Source: Kyrpidia sp. (GTDB taxonomy: Bacteria > Bacillota > Bacilli > Kyrpidiales > Kyrpidiaceae). From it: a stretch of DNA of 64,000 nucleotides. The stretch is taken from assembly GCA_029960885.1 (NCBI GenBank), contig JASBVV010000046.1:105895-169894 (forward strand), given 5' to 3'. The notes beneath the pieces are model-generated. The model saw only the letters and a program-made list of their open reading frames with translations. It was not told the DNA's origin and did no database searches. How positions within the stretch are numbered: position 1 is the first letter of the stretch; every line of letters starts with the position of its first letter. Positions 1 to 10,273 of the stretch are shown one piece after another. Both the position numbers and the translations under genes were made by a program.

Positions 1-1912
1 GGACCACGTCTTCCAGCGTCCGTCCATCTTCCGCCGGGGCCGGTTCGACAGAGGTCGCCCCCAGGTCGGACAACGGAAGATGAATCACATCAATCCACGT
101 GTCGGTGTATCCGATGCGGATCATCGCCCGGCCGATGACATTTTCCAGTTCCCGGACGTTTCCCGGCCACGGGTATTCCTCCAGCCGCCGGATGGCTTCG
201 GGGGTGAGTCCGACCACCTGGCGGCCGAATTCCTGGTTGAATTTGCGCACGAACTGCCGGGCCAACGGTTCGATATCTTCCGTCCTCGCCCGCAGGGGCG
301 GGAGGAGGATGGGCATGACGTTCAGGCGATAATACAGGTCTTCCCGAAAGCGCCCCTCATGGATCGCCCGTTCCAGATTCACATGGGTGGCGGCAATGAT
401 CCGTACATCCACCGGGATCGCCCGGGTGCCGCCGACCCGCACAATCTCTTTCTCTTGAAGGACCCGGAGGATTTTCACCTGGGTGCCGAGGGGCAGTTCG
501 CCGATCTCGTCGAGAAAAATCGTGCCTCCGCTCGCTTCCTCAAACAGGCCTTTTTTGCCTCCCCGCTTGGCCCCGGTAAAGGCGCCCTCCTCGTAGCCGA
601 ACAGTTCGCTCTCCAGCAGCGACCCGGACAGAGCGGCACAATTGACCCGGATGAATTGGTGGTAGCGCCGGGCACTTTCGTTGTGAATGGCGTGGGCGAA
701 CAACTCCTTTCCCGTTCCGGACTCCCCCCGCAAAAGGACCGTGGCCGGGGTTTGGGCCGCCGCCCGGGCCAGTTGAACGGCCGACGTAAAAGCCGGACTG
801 TGACCGACGATATCCTCAAAGCTGTATTTGGCTTCGAGTTTTCGGATCAACCGCTTGGCGCGATCCAGTTCCTCGGTGAGTTTTTGTATCTCCGAGATAT
901 CGTGGATCACTCCGACACTGCCCTTGAGTTCCCCGTCCACCACGATCGGGGCGCAATTCACGATCACCTCCCGGCGGGCCGGCCCCACCTTCATGGGTAC
1001 ACCTTTGACCGCCCGCCGGGTGCGGAGCACCTGGTAATGCATGCTCTCCCCCTCGGCGATATCCACAGTGGCCGGCTTGCCGATCACATCCTCGGGCCCG
1101 AGGCCGGTGAGCCGGGTGTAAGCCGGGTTGATGAGAATCCCCTTTCCCTCGCGGTCCACCACGGAAATCGCGTCCTGGGTGGCATTGATAATCGCTTCAA
1201 GGAGGGTCTGAATCTCCCGGAGATTGGTGACTTCCTCCGCCAGCCCGAGGAGCTCGGTGACATCCCGGAAGACGGCCACGGCTCCGACCACGCGGCCGTC
1301 GCGGTCGCGCACCGGCATCCGATTGGTGATAATTTTCACCCGTCCGAGCTCCTGCAACTGATTGAGCTCCGCCCGTCCGCTTTGCAACACCACATGCAGG
1401 CGGCTGTTCGGGATGGTGTCCCTGGCCTCGGTGCCCAGCACCTCCCCGGCGGACAGGCCGGTGAGCCGCTCCGCCGCCGCGTTGAACAAGGTGATCTTCC
1501 CGGCCTGATCCACCGCCATCATGGCATCGTGGGTGGAATTGAGGATGACGTCCAATTCGTGCCTTTTCCGGGAGAGCCGGTCAATGAGCTGCTCCTTCTC
1601 ATGCAGCAGCGCCATGAGCAGGGTGGCCACGGCCCCGGGTACCAGAGTGACCCCCGGCGGCTTGGCGCGTTCGATCGCATCGTAGACGTCCGGATCGCCG
1701 GTGGCCTCCATCACGACATCCACCCTGTCCAAGTGCCGCCGGTAATCTTGGCCCACTTCGATTCCCCATTCCCGGGCCAGACGCATGGCCGGCGCCTCGG
1801 GGTTGAGGTCCACCACGGCCACCACCCGCACGGCGGCCAAGGGGTAAAATGCCCGAAGCAACGCCGCCCCGCCCTTTCCGCCTCCGACCAACAACACCCT
1901 CACCATCGGCAT
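1..1912 (-). CDS. PAS-domain sigma54-dependent transcriptional activator (BkdR-like), 3' end outside the window
   Basis: Minus-strand frame read manually. N-terminus MPMVRVLLVGGGKGGAALL resembles BkdR, followed by PAS segments. The AAA+ region contains ESELFGYEEGAFTGA and FLDEIG. Divergent from a YqzF-like gene as in B. subtilis. Absent from the ORF track because it has no stop within the window. Confidence 0.85.
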   Translation of the reverse strand, partial: MPMVRVLLVGGGKGGAALLRAFYPLAAVRVVAVVDLNPEAPAMRLAREWGIEVGQDYRRHLDRVDVVMEATGDPDVYDAIERAKPPGVTLVPGAVATLLMALLHEKEQLIDRLSRKRHELDVILNSTHDAMMAVDQAGKITLFNAAAERLTGLSAGEVLGTEARDTIPNSRLHVVLQSGRAELNQLQELGRVKIITNRMPVRDRDGRVVGAVAVFRDVTELLGLAEEVTNLREIQTLLEAIINATQDAISVVDREGKGILINPAYTRLTGLGPEDVIGKPATVDIAEGESMHYQVLRTRRAVKGVPMKVGPARREVIVNCAPIVVDGELKGSVGVIHDISEIQKLTEELDRAKRLIRKLEAKYSFEDIVGHSPAFTSAVQLARAAAQTPATVLLRGESGTGKELFAHAIHNESARRYHQFIRVNCAALSGSLLESELFGYEEGAFTGAKRGGKKGLFEEASGGTIFLDEIGELPLGTQVKILRVLQEKEIVRVGGTRAIPVDVRIIAATHVNLERAIHEGRFREDLYYRLNVMPILLPPLRARTEDIEPLARQFVRKFNQEFGRQVVGLTPEAIRRLEEYPWPGNVRELENVIGRAMIRIGYTDTWIDVIHLPLSDLGATSVEPAPAEDGRTLEDVV

Positions 1913-2102
1913 CCCCCGCTTTCCGGCCCTTTACACCTTCTCAGTCCCATTATAACAGGGGCCGAACGGTCCGGCTGCTTGTCCCCCGGACAGGGCAGTG
2001 AACAGACGCGCCGACTCGTGAATTTCGGTATACTGGGGGCAGGACGGGTGATCCGATCGGATCGTCAGGTAGAAAGCGCCTCATCAGAATGGAGGTTCAC
2101 AC

Positions 2103-2393
2103 ATGGGAGTCCTGATCTCCTGGATCATTCTCATCGGCTTTTTCCTGCTCGGCGGCTACGGCGTGACCCTGATCCGGAATGCGGTCATGGGCCACCTCCT
2201 GGATGCCTCCCAACCCTGGCTGTGGCCCACCCTCGCCGGGCTCGTGCTCACAGCCGTCAGCGTCGGCTTCCTCGGCGGGTTTATCCACTATCGGGAGAAA
2301 AAGCGCGGCAAAGTGAAAGGGGCCCGGAGCGGGAACGGTCAGACGCCGCCGAGCCCGCCCCCCTGTTGCTTTACATCGGAGCGGCGGCCGTAA
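2103..2393 (+). CDS. Small 2-TM membrane protein, DUF2627/YqzF-like
   Basis: GGAGG RBS; two hydrophobic helices; C-terminal GFIHYREKKRGKV motif; synteny with the bkdR-like gene. Confidence 0.7.
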   Translation: MGVLISWIILIGFFLLGGYGVTLIRNAVMGHLLDASQPWLWPTLAGLVLTAVSVGFLGGFIHYREKKRGKVKGARSGNGQTPPSPPPCCFTSERRP

Positions 2394-2528
2394 CCGGGTC
2401 TCCGCCGACCACAAGGAACCGGGGCGGCATCGACAATCGGCGTCGACACCGCCCCGCACCGTCCTCCGCCGCGGCCCTCCTCATCCGCCGCGGGGCAAAT
2501 ACGTCTGTGTCGTCTCCGGCCCGGTCAA

Positions 2529-3131
2529 TCACGATGTGCGATCCGGCCCGTGTTGGCCATGCGCGCAGTTCGTGTCGCCGGGCGCACCCGGGTGTGGAGG
2601 CCGGGGCGAACCGTGGCCGTGCCCATGATCTTCGGCCCGGCCGTGATCCCGGATCCGGCCGGTGAGCACGGCCAGCGCATGGGGCAGCACATCTTCCACC
2701 GCCTCGAGACACTCCCGGACACCTTTGGGGTTCCCCGGCAAATTCAGAATCAACGTCCGTCCGCGTATCCCGGCCACCGCCCGGGAGAGCACGGCCGTGG
2801 GTGTCAGCGCCGACGTCGCCGCCCGCATCCGTTCGGGGAGGCCGGGCACCTGGCGATCCACCACCGCCAGGGTTGCCTCGGGAGTGACGTCCCGGGGCCC
2901 CAACCCGGTGCCTCCGGTGGTCAGGACGAGGTCCACTCGATCGACATCGCAAAAATGGATCAGTGCCGCTTCGATGACGGCGCGATCATCCGGCACCACC
3001 CGGTGGCCCTTCACCTCCGCGCCCCGGCTCGAAGCCCATCCCCGGATCCACTGTCCGCTGCTGTCGGTGCGTTCCCCCCGGGCTCCCTGATCGCTGCAGG
3101 TGAGAATGGCGGTTGACCACGTCCCGGTCAT
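2529..3131 (-). CDS. Molybdopterin adenylyltransferase MogA/MoaB family, with His-rich C-terminal tail
   Basis: TTGGTGLGPRDVTPEAT and SRAVAGIRGRTLILNLPGNPK motifs; ATGA overlap with moaC. Confidence 0.9.
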   Translation of the reverse strand: MTGTWSTAILTCSDQGARGERTDSSGQWIRGWASSRGAEVKGHRVVPDDRAVIEAALIHFCDVDRVDLVLTTGGTGLGPRDVTPEATLAVVDRQVPGLPERMRAATSALTPTAVLSRAVAGIRGRTLILNLPGNPKGVRECLEAVEDVLPHALAVLTGRIRDHGRAEDHGHGHGSPRPPHPGAPGDTNCAHGQHGPDRTS

Positions 3132-3643
3132 CGCCGCCCCTCCTTCCCAAGAAGCGTCCGTTCAAAATCCCCGCTTTTCCCTCCGGTCTTCCGGATCAGG
3201 CACACCGATGCCACCTCCATCGCCCGGTCCAGCCCTTTGCACATGTCGTACACGGTCAAGGCCGCCACCGACGCCGCGGTGAGCGCCTCCATCTCCACTC
3301 CGGTTGGCGCGACGGTGGACACTTCGCTCTCGATCTCCAGTTCCGCGGACTCCGCCCCCGGCGGGAACTCGCGAGGAAAAAAGCGCAAATCCACATGGGA
3401 CAATCCAATGGTATGACACATCGGGATCAAGTCCGGGGTTCGTTTGGCCGCCATGACCCCGGCCACCTGAGCCACCGCCAAAACATCCCCTTTATGCACC
3501 CGGCCGGCCTGGATGGCCGCCAAAGTCTCCGCCTTCATCCGAACCACCGCCCGGGCCACAGCGGTGCGCTTGGTGGGTTCCTTCCCGGAAATATCCGACA
3601 TTCTCGCTCTTCCCTGATCATTAAAATGGCTCCACTCCGCCAT
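3128..3643 (-). CDS. moaC: Cyclic pyranopterin monophosphate synthase MoaC
   Basis: SHFNDQGRARMSDIS, LIPMCH, TGVEMEALT, YDMCK and KTGGKSG motifs; ATG at 3643 with GGAGG RBS. Confidence 0.95.
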   Translation of the reverse strand: MAEWSHFNDQGRARMSDISGKEPTKRTAVARAVVRMKAETLAAIQAGRVHKGDVLAVAQVAGVMAAKRTPDLIPMCHTIGLSHVDLRFFPREFPPGAESAELEIESEVSTVAPTGVEMEALTAASVAALTVYDMCKGLDRAMEVASVCLIRKTGGKSGDFERTLLGKEGRR

Positions 3644-3779
3644 GTACGCGCCTCCTGTCGCCCCTTGCCAACTCGCCGGGGATTCGTTACTGTGATGGTG
3701 ACGTCCCGATCCTCCGAGAATCCCCGGATCCTCGGAGGATCGGCGGTCTATTCTCTGCCGGGGAAGTGAAGGGATCGCC

Positions 3780-4802
3780 ATGATATCCGATCAGGAACGG
3801 TATTCCCGCCAACTCCTCTTCGCCCCGATCGGAAAGTCCGGTCAAGAAAAACTTCGCACTTCCCGGGTGGGCGTCGTCGGCCTGGGTGCGCTGGGAAGTG
3901 TGTTGGCCAATCATATGGTCCGGGCCGGGGTGGGTTTTGTCCGGTTGATCGACCGGGATTTTGTCGAACCGAGCAACTTGCAGCGCCAAATGCTCTACGA
4001 TGAGCGGGACGCCGCGGAATCGCTGCCCAAGGCGGCGGCCGCCGCAGCACACCTCCGGGCATTCAACAGCCGGGTGGAGGTGGAACCGGTGGTGGCCGAT
4101 CTCACTTGGCGCAACGCCGAAGACCTCCTTCGCGATGTCGATCTGATCCTCGATGGCACCGACAATTTTGAAATCCGGTATCTTTTGAATGATGTCGCGG
4201 TGAAGCACGACATCCCCTGGATCTACGGCGGCGCCGTCTCGGCACGGGGAGTGGTCCTTCCCATCCTCCCCGGCGGCGGTCCATGCTTACGATGCCTGTT
4301 TCCGGAAACGCCCGCCCCGGGGGATGCCCCGACCTGCGACACCGTCGGGGTCATCGGACCGGTGGTGGACGTGGTGGCCTCCCTCCAGGCGGCGGAGGCC
4401 CTGAAATGGCTGGTGGGCGACCGGGATCACTTGCGCCGTCGCATGATTCACCTGGACCTGTGGACCAACCAATGGTCGGAAATCGACGTGTCCGGGGCGC
4501 GAAGGCGGGACTGCCCCACCTGCGGACTGCGGCAGTTTGACAGCCTCGCCCCCAGAGAACGGGAAACCGTCTCCCTCTGCGGCCGTCAGACCGTTCAGGT
4601 GACATTGAACGCCAAGCTGGATTTGGATGTTTTGGAGCGGCGGTTGACACCGCTCGGACGGGTCCGCCGCAACCCGTTTTTGCTTCGGGCCGAGATCGAA
4701 GGCAACCGGTTGACCCTTTTCCCGGACGGCCGGGTGCTCGTCCAAGGGACAGACGACGCCGCCGCGGCCCGGTCGATCTGTGCCCGTTTCATCGGCATCT
4801 GA
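3780..4802 (+). CDS. MoeB/ThiF family adenylyltransferase
   Basis: RYSRQ, GLGALG, DRDFVEPSNLQRQ, and CxxC pairs (CLRC, CPTC). Confidence 0.9.
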   Translation: MISDQERYSRQLLFAPIGKSGQEKLRTSRVGVVGLGALGSVLANHMVRAGVGFVRLIDRDFVEPSNLQRQMLYDERDAAESLPKAAAAAAHLRAFNSRVEVEPVVADLTWRNAEDLLRDVDLILDGTDNFEIRYLLNDVAVKHDIPWIYGGAVSARGVVLPILPGGGPCLRCLFPETPAPGDAPTCDTVGVIGPVVDVVASLQAAEALKWLVGDRDHLRRRMIHLDLWTNQWSEIDVSGARRRDCPTCGLRQFDSLAPRERETVSLCGRQTVQVTLNAKLDLDVLERRLTPLGRVRRNPFLLRAEIEGNRLTLFPDGRVLVQGTDDAAAARSICARFIGI

Positions 4803-4945
4803 CGACGGGGGCTCACTGCCCCGCCTCCCGACAACTTCGTCTTCCGCCCGCCCCGGCCTGTCATGGACTCGCCGGGCCGGGCCTTGCCCGCCGTTCGAGC
4901 TTTCGGCCCCCCTCCGCCGGCAACTGTCGGTGTCGTCTCTTCCCG

Positions 4946-5500
4946 CTAGGCACTCGATGCGAGCCTCCGGATTTCCGCCATGACCAACTGGGCAATATCG
5001 CTGTAACTGTCGGTGACCGGATGAATCGGCCGCCCAATCCGAATGCGAACCGGGGCGAACAACCCCGCCGGACCCTGGATGGCCACGGGCACGATGGGCG
5101 CCCCGCTTTTGACCGCCAACATGCCCACCCCGGGCTTCGGGGTCGGCCCGGCTTTGAACGTGCGCGAGCCTTCTATGAAAATGGCCAGCACCCGGCCGTC
5201 GCGCAACAGACGCAGGCTATGCCGAATGGCCCGGATGTCCGGCATCCCCCGGTGTACGGGAAATCCGCCGAGATAGCGGATGAGCGGATTGAACACCCGG
5301 TAGCGAAACACCTCCGCTTTGGCGATAAAATAGGGCTTTCTCGGCAGATAGGCGCCGAGGAGTATCGGGTCGAGCCAAGTCGGGTGATTGGCCGCAACGA
5401 TCACCGCCCCCCGCACGGGCATCTGCTCCATCCCCGACACCGAAACGCGAAAGATCGCCCGAAACACCAAGCGAACCAGCCATCGCAACACCCTGTACAC
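4946..5500 (-). CDS. 1-acyl-sn-glycerol-3-phosphate acyltransferase (PlsC family)
   Basis: NHPTWLD (HX4D) and FIEGSRT motifs; GTG start inferred from the RBS. Confidence 0.85.
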   Translation of the reverse strand: MYRVLRWLVRLVFRAIFRVSVSGMEQMPVRGAVIVAANHPTWLDPILLGAYLPRKPYFIAKAEVFRYRVFNPLIRYLGGFPVHRGMPDIRAIRHSLRLLRDGRVLAIFIEGSRTFKAGPTPKPGVGMLAVKSGAPIVPVAIQGPAGLFAPVRIRIGRPIHPVTDSYSDIAQLVMAEIRRLASSA

Positions 5501-5604
5501 GCGGTGTTCACCTCTCCATCCGAGGCCGGAATCCATAGCCGGTGGTCTGTGTTTTTATTTTACTCAGTCAACGGGATTTTGACCAGCAGCCCGCCCGGGT
5601 GCGG

Positions 5605-5666
5605 TTGACGGTGCTTCCCACTATGCATAAAATAGAAAGTGGCCATTGAATTTCGTAACACGAAAT
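5605..5666 (+). promoter_or_regulatory. sigmaA promoter for the MFS gene with a downstream palindromic operator
   Basis: TTGACG(5605)-17 nt-TAAAAT(5628); inverted repeat ATTTCGT-AAC-ACGAAAT at 5650-5666. Confidence 0.6.
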
Positions 5667-5706
5667 ATATACTGTCGACTTCAAAAAGAGAGGTGGTCAA
5701 CGGGCC

Positions 5707-6873
5707 ATGCGAACAATGGAGGAAGAAAGGCGAGCCACCCGGGCCATTTATGCCACCTGCCTGGCCGCGCTGTTCGGATTCATGGGCATCGGCGTTGTGG
5801 ATCCCCTGCTCCCGGTGATCGCCTCCCAAATCGGCGCCCAAAAGTGGCAAATCGAACTGTTGTTCACGACCTATATTTTTATGATGGCGATCGTGATGAT
5901 TCCCGCGGGCATTTTCGCGGCCAACCGGGGGAACAAACCCGTCATGGTGGTCGGGCTGGGACTGGTCACCCTCTTTGCCCTGTTGTGCGGTTTGTCGGGC
6001 GGCGTCTACTCCCTGGCCGGCCTTCGCGCGGGCTGGGGCATGGGAAACGCCATGTTTTTCGCCACTTCGATGTCCATCATCATCGGACTGTCGACCAATC
6101 TCGAACGGAGCATGGGCCTTTACGAGGCGGCCCTGGGAATGGGCATGTCCATCGGCCCGCTTCTGGGCGGCGTGCTCGGTGCCGTGAGCTGGCGCTGGCC
6201 CTTTTTTGCCACCAGCGTCCTCATGGCCGTGGCCTTCGTCCTCACCCTGGTGACCGTATATGAGCCGGCGGGCCAAAGACACCGGCGAGGCTTTCGGGAT
6301 TTTTTGGGCGCCATGGGACATCCGCCGTTTCTCGGGGTGGCGTTGGTGGCCATGTGCTATTATTTTGCATTCTTTACCATTCTGGCCTATTCGCCGATTT
6401 TCCTGCAAATCCCTTCGTTGGAATTGGGACTGATCTTTTTCGCCTGGGGATTGTGCTTGGCGTACGGATCGGTAGTGTTGGCCCACAAACTCCTCGATCG
6501 CCACGGGGGAGCCTGGGTGGTCAAATTCGGCCTTACCGCCATCGCCGTGGTGTTGATTCTGCTGATCGCGGTGCCGTCATTTTGGGGCCGGGTGGCCATC
6601 ATCATTTTGTCTGGACTGTTCTGCGGATTGAACAACACCACGTTCTCCACCCTGGCCATCGAGATGAGCAACGCCCAGCGAAGCATCGCGTCAGGGGCGT
6701 ACAATTTTGTGCGGTGGATGGGGGCGGCCATCGCTCCGGTGGTGGCCGGATTCGCGGCCGAGCACTGGTTCAACACGGCGCCCTACCTGATTTCCTGTGT
6801 CCTGGTGGCGATCGGCTTGGTCGGCGTGTGGTTGACGGTGCGCCAGAATAAGGTGATGACCACGCAACACTAG
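5707..6873 (+). CDS. MFS efflux-type transporter (YfmO-like)
   Basis: About 12 hydrophobic segments; GIGVVDPLLPVIA and GPLLGG motifs. Confidence 0.85.
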   Translation: MRTMEEERRATRAIYATCLAALFGFMGIGVVDPLLPVIASQIGAQKWQIELLFTTYIFMMAIVMIPAGIFAANRGNKPVMVVGLGLVTLFALLCGLSGGVYSLAGLRAGWGMGNAMFFATSMSIIIGLSTNLERSMGLYEAALGMGMSIGPLLGGVLGAVSWRWPFFATSVLMAVAFVLTLVTVYEPAGQRHRRGFRDFLGAMGHPPFLGVALVAMCYYFAFFTILAYSPIFLQIPSLELGLIFFAWGLCLAYGSVVLAHKLLDRHGGAWVVKFGLTAIAVVLILLIAVPSFWGRVAIIILSGLFCGLNNTTFSTLAIEMSNAQRSIASGAYNFVRWMGAAIAPVVAGFAAEHWFNTAPYLISCVLVAIGLVGVWLTVRQNKVMTTQH

Positions 6874-6995
6874 GCCGGAAGGGGCCGGACCGTTTCCCGC
6901 CCCGGCGGGGCGGCGAACCACCGGGCCGCCGGGTGGGGATGAGTGCGCAAGAAAGCCCTCTTCCCGGCAGGGAGGAGGGCATCGTGCGCCCGAAG

Positions 6996-7922
6996 TCAGG
7001 CTTCCTGGAACAGCGGAGTCGACAGATAGCGCTCTCCGGTGTCAGGGAGAATGGCCACGATGGTTTTGCCTTTGTTTTCGGGCCTGCGAGCCAACACCGA
7101 AGCCGCGTGGTATGCCGCCCCGGAGGAGATCCCCACGAGCAAGCCCTCTTCCTTGGCCAGGAGCCGGGCGTCGGCAAAGGCTTCTTCGTTCTTCACCCGA
7201 ATGACTTCGTCGATCATTGCCGTGTTCAGCACCTCAGGCACAAACCCGGCGCCGATGCCCTGGATCTTGTGCGGCCCCGGCTGGCCGCCGGACAACACCG
7301 GGGAATCGGCCGGCTCCACGGCCACCGCCTTGAATGAAGGCTTCCGCTGTTTAATCACCTCGGCCACGCCGGTGATGGTACCGCCGGTCCCGACACCGCT
7401 GACCAGAATATCCACCTTGCCGTCGGTGTCCCGCCAGATCTCCTCAGCCGTGGTTTTCCGGTGGATCTCCGGATTCGCCGGGTTCTTGAACTGTTGCAGG
7501 AGGATCGCTTTGGGGAACTGCTTGACCAGCTCCTCGGCCTTTTTTACGGCGCCCTTCATCCCCTCGGGGCCCGGGGTCAGGACCAACTCCGCGCCAAACG
7601 CTTTGAGCAGGCTTCGGCGCTCGACGCTCATCGTTTCGGGCATGACCAGAATGAGACGATATTGTTTTGCCGTGGCCACCATGGCCAGGGCGATTCCGGT
7701 GTTCCCGCTGGTTGGCTCCACGATCACCGTGTCCCTGTCCAACTTGCCCTCCCGCTCGGCCGCCTCGATCATCGACAGTCCAATACGGTCTTTGACACTG
7801 CCGCCGGGATTGAAAAACTCGATCTTGCCAAGCACTTCAACCCCGGTCTCGTCGCTGATGCGGTTCAACCGGAGCAGCGGAGTCCCGCCGATCAATTCCG
7901 CAACACTTTTTGCCACTGCCAC
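6996..7922 (-). CDS. cysK: Cysteine synthase A
   Basis: [11 protein letters not shown] (PLP lysine), [25 protein letters not shown] and DTGERYLST motifs. Confidence 0.95.
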   Translation of the reverse strand: MAVAKSVAELIGGTPLLRLNRISDETGVEVLGKIEFFNPGGSVKDRIGLSMIEAAEREGKLDRDTVIVEPTSGNTGIALAMVATAKQYRLILVMPETMSVERRSLLKAFGAELVLTPGPEGMKGAVKKAEELVKQFPKAILLQQFKNPANPEIHRKTTAEEIWRDTDGKVDILVSGVGTGGTITGVAEVIKQRKPSFKAVAVEPADSPVLSGGQPGPHKIQGIGAGFVPEVLNTAMIDEVIRVKNEEAFADARLLAKEEGLLVGISSGAAYHAASVLARRPENKGKTIVAILPDTGERYLSTPLFQEA

Positions 7923-8029
7923 CTGACATCTCTCCTTGTACAAATGTCGTCTCTCAGGTTTGCCCCGAAAGACCGGAGGATATGTGTGATCTCCCTGGAG
8001 AACCTACAATGCCGATGGAAAAACTTAAT

Positions 8030-8073
8030 TTAATGCCTGTGTTAAACATAGCACATCTTTTCCACGTTGTAAA
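8030..8073 (-). promoter_or_regulatory. cysK sigmaA promoter overlapped by a possible CymR/Rrf2-type box
   Basis: Minus strand TTTACA-17 nt-TATGTT preceded by TG-N; AT-rich imperfect dyad ATGTGCTATGTTTAACACAGGCATTAA covers the -10/+1 region and only partly resembles the CymR consensus. Confidence 0.4.
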
Positions 8074-8211
8074 GGACATCCGCGGAATTCTCTTCCTCCC
8101 CGCTCGCCCCCATATTCTTGCCTTCATGGTTCCTTCACGGTCAAACGGCCGACGCGGCGAGGAAGCGCCGAGGGTCCTTCGGCACCCAACATGCCCGAGG
8201 GGCAAGGCCAT

Positions 8212-8239
8212 AAAAAAACCCGGGAATCACCCGGGTCTT
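8212..8239 (-). terminator. Intrinsic terminator after the peroxiredoxin/redoxin operon
   Basis: ACCCGGG-TGATT-CCCGGGT followed by a T-run on the minus strand. Confidence 0.75.
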
Positions 8240-8263
8240 CGGAACGCCGCCGCCAAGGACCTG

Positions 8264-8722
8264 TCAGGACTGGGACGGCTCGGCAAACAACTCTTCCAGC
8301 TTTTTTTCGACATTCTGCAGGCCGCGATCCCCCGCAGCCCGAAATTTCAACTTCCCCTCGTTGTCAAAGAGGAAAAACGCCGGCACGTACTGGTTCTGGT
8401 ACGCATCGGCAATACGGTGCAGATTGTCCACCGCCACCGGATGGCGAATACCGTATTCCTCGATATCCTTTTTCACTTTCTCGATATCGGTATCCGCTTC
8501 TTGTCGGGGCATGTGGACCGAAACCAACTGCAGCCCTTTCGGTACGAACCGATCCCGATAGGCCAAAAGGTCCGGCAAGGTTTCATGGCAGATGTGGCAA
8601 GACACCGCCCAGAAGTGGATCAGGGCCGGCCGGCCCGTCTCCACCTTCGGCGGTCCATCGGCCACCAGCCACTCGGTTGCACCTTCCAGCCCCGGAAATG
8701 GGGTACCCAAGCGCATGGGCAT
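8264..8722 (-). CDS. Thiol-disulfide oxidoreductase (TlpA/YkuV-like redoxin)
   Basis: HFWAVSCHIC (CxxC) thioredoxin fold; paired with a peroxiredoxin as in ykuU-ykuV. Confidence 0.9.
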   Translation of the reverse strand: MPMRLGTPFPGLEGATEWLVADGPPKVETGRPALIHFWAVSCHICHETLPDLLAYRDRFVPKGLQLVSVHMPRQEADTDIEKVKKDIEEYGIRHPVAVDNLHRIADAYQNQYVPAFFLFDNEGKLKFRAAGDRGLQNVEKKLEELFAEPSQS

Positions 8723-8764
8723 AACGAGTCCCCCTCTGCTATCGTCGCCCCGGCCACACCCTGA

Positions 8765-9304
8765 TCAAACTTCGAGGAGCTTATCGCCGGGCTTCCAATC
8801 GGCCGGGCACAAACCGCCGGTCTGCAGCGCCTCCAACACCCGCAGCGTCTCGTCGACACTTCGCCCGATGTTCAGATCGTGAACGACCTGATACCGCAAA
8901 ATTCCCTCGGGATCAATAATGAAGAGCCCCCGCAACGCCACCCCCTGCTCCGGGATCAACACATCGTAAGCCCGGCTGACCGCTTTGGTGATGTCGCTGC
9001 CCAAGGGAAAGCGAATCTCCCCGATCCCGTTTTTGTCCCGGGGCGTATTGATCCACGCCTTGTGGACGTGAACGGAGTCGACGCTCACCCCGAGAATCTC
9101 CGCATCCAGATCGAAGAACTCTTGGGCACGGTCGCTCATCGCCGTGATTTCCGTCGGGCACACAAAGGTGAAGTCCATCGGGTAAAAGAACAGCACCAGC
9201 CACTTCCCGCGATAATCAGACAGGCGCACCTTCTCGTCCAACGTCTTCAGGTTCTTCGTGCTCAACATTTCAAAATCGGGTGCAGGTCTTCCTACCAATG
9301 GCAT
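8765..9304 (-). CDS. 2-Cys peroxiredoxin (AhpC/YkuU family)
   Basis: FYPMDFTFVCPTE, GRSVDETLR and LCPADW motifs. Confidence 0.95.
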   Translation of the reverse strand: MPLVGRPAPDFEMLSTKNLKTLDEKVRLSDYRGKWLVLFFYPMDFTFVCPTEITAMSDRAQEFFDLDAEILGVSVDSVHVHKAWINTPRDKNGIGEIRFPLGSDITKAVSRAYDVLIPEQGVALRGLFIIDPEGILRYQVVHDLNIGRSVDETLRVLEALQTGGLCPADWKPGDKLLEV

Positions 9305-9398
9305 GGGTCACAGCCTCCTTATGTAGAATTTCCTCCAAAAGACAGGTGCGGAGCCATGGCCCCCGCTCCTGGACTCGAGGACCATCCTTGACAAGGAC

Positions 9399-9427
9399 AT
9401 TATACAACAATAACGAGTATTAATCAA
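9399..9427 (-). promoter_or_regulatory. sigmaA promoter for the peroxiredoxin operon
   Basis: TTGATT-17 nt-TATAAT on the minus strand in an AT-rich patch. Confidence 0.65.
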
Positions 9428-9526
9428 TAATAAGTTTTCCTTTCCCACCCCCTTCGCTTCATCATTTTTCTCCCTTTGTCCGAAACGCCACGGTTTGCTA
9501 TGATGGACCCGAAGGAGATGATTCCC

Positions 9527-10273
9527 ATGAGCGAAGCCGTACAAACCCTCGAAGGATGGTTTGCCCTGCACGATTTTCGCCGCATCGATTGGCGGCACTG
9601 GATTCAAGCGTCCAGGGAAGAACGCCGGAACATGCGGGAGGCGTTCCACACCCTCGTCGCCCAGTGGGAGAACATCGAGGCCGAGAAACGGGGGAGCACC
9701 GCCCTGTACACCGTGGTCGGCCAAAAGGCGGACCTCGTGATGATTCATCTGCGCCCCACCCTCGAAGACCTGGAGGCCACCGAACGAGCCTTCGACCTAT
9801 CGGCCTTTGCCGCCGTGACCCAACCCGCCTACTCCTACGTCTCCGTGGTGGAGCTAAGTAATTATACCACGAAACCCGGGACGGACCCCAGCGACGACCC
9901 CGCGGTACAGAGCCGGCTGAAACCGATTTTGCCGAAAACGGCGCACGTTTGTTTCTATCCGATGAACAAACGGCGCGAGGGAGTGGACAACTGGTATATG
10001 CTCGACATGGAGCAACGGCGGACCATGATGCGCAGCCACGGGGAGATCGGGAGGCGGTACGCCGGAAAGGTGACCCAGATCATCACCGGATCCGTGGGTC
10101 TGGATGACTGGGAGTGGGGCGTGACCCTGTTTGCCGATGATCCCATCACCTTTAAAAAGCTGGTCTACGAAATGCGTTTCGACGAAGTCAGCGCCCGCTT
10201 CGGGGAATTCGGCCGTTTTTTCGTCGGCAACCGCCTGAGCCGGGACCGGATCGATGTCTGGTTGCCCGAGTGA
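9527..10273 (+). CDS. hemQ: Coproheme decarboxylase HemQ/ChdC
   Basis: [42 protein letters not shown] and [16 protein letters not shown] motifs. Confidence 0.93.
   Translation: MSEAVQTLEGWFALHDFRRIDWRHWIQASREERRNMREAFHTLVAQWENIEAEKRGSTALYTVVGQKADLVMIHLRPTLEDLEATERAFDLSAFAAVTQPAYSYVSVVELSNYTTKPGTDPSDDPAVQSRLKPILPKTAHVCFYPMNKRREGVDNWYMLDMEQRRTMMRSHGEIGRRYAGKVTQIITGSVGLDDWEWGVTLFADDPITFKKLVYEMRFDEVSARFGEFGRFFVGNRLSRDRIDVWLPE

Noticed and set aside
80-2665. 861-aa plus-strand ORF
   Set aside because: Antisense shadow of the BkdR-like gene; no family motifs; long shadow frames are expected at this GC content
9399-9435. PerR box upstream of the peroxiredoxin gene
   Set aside because: AT-rich, but too many mismatches to TTATAATNATTATAA
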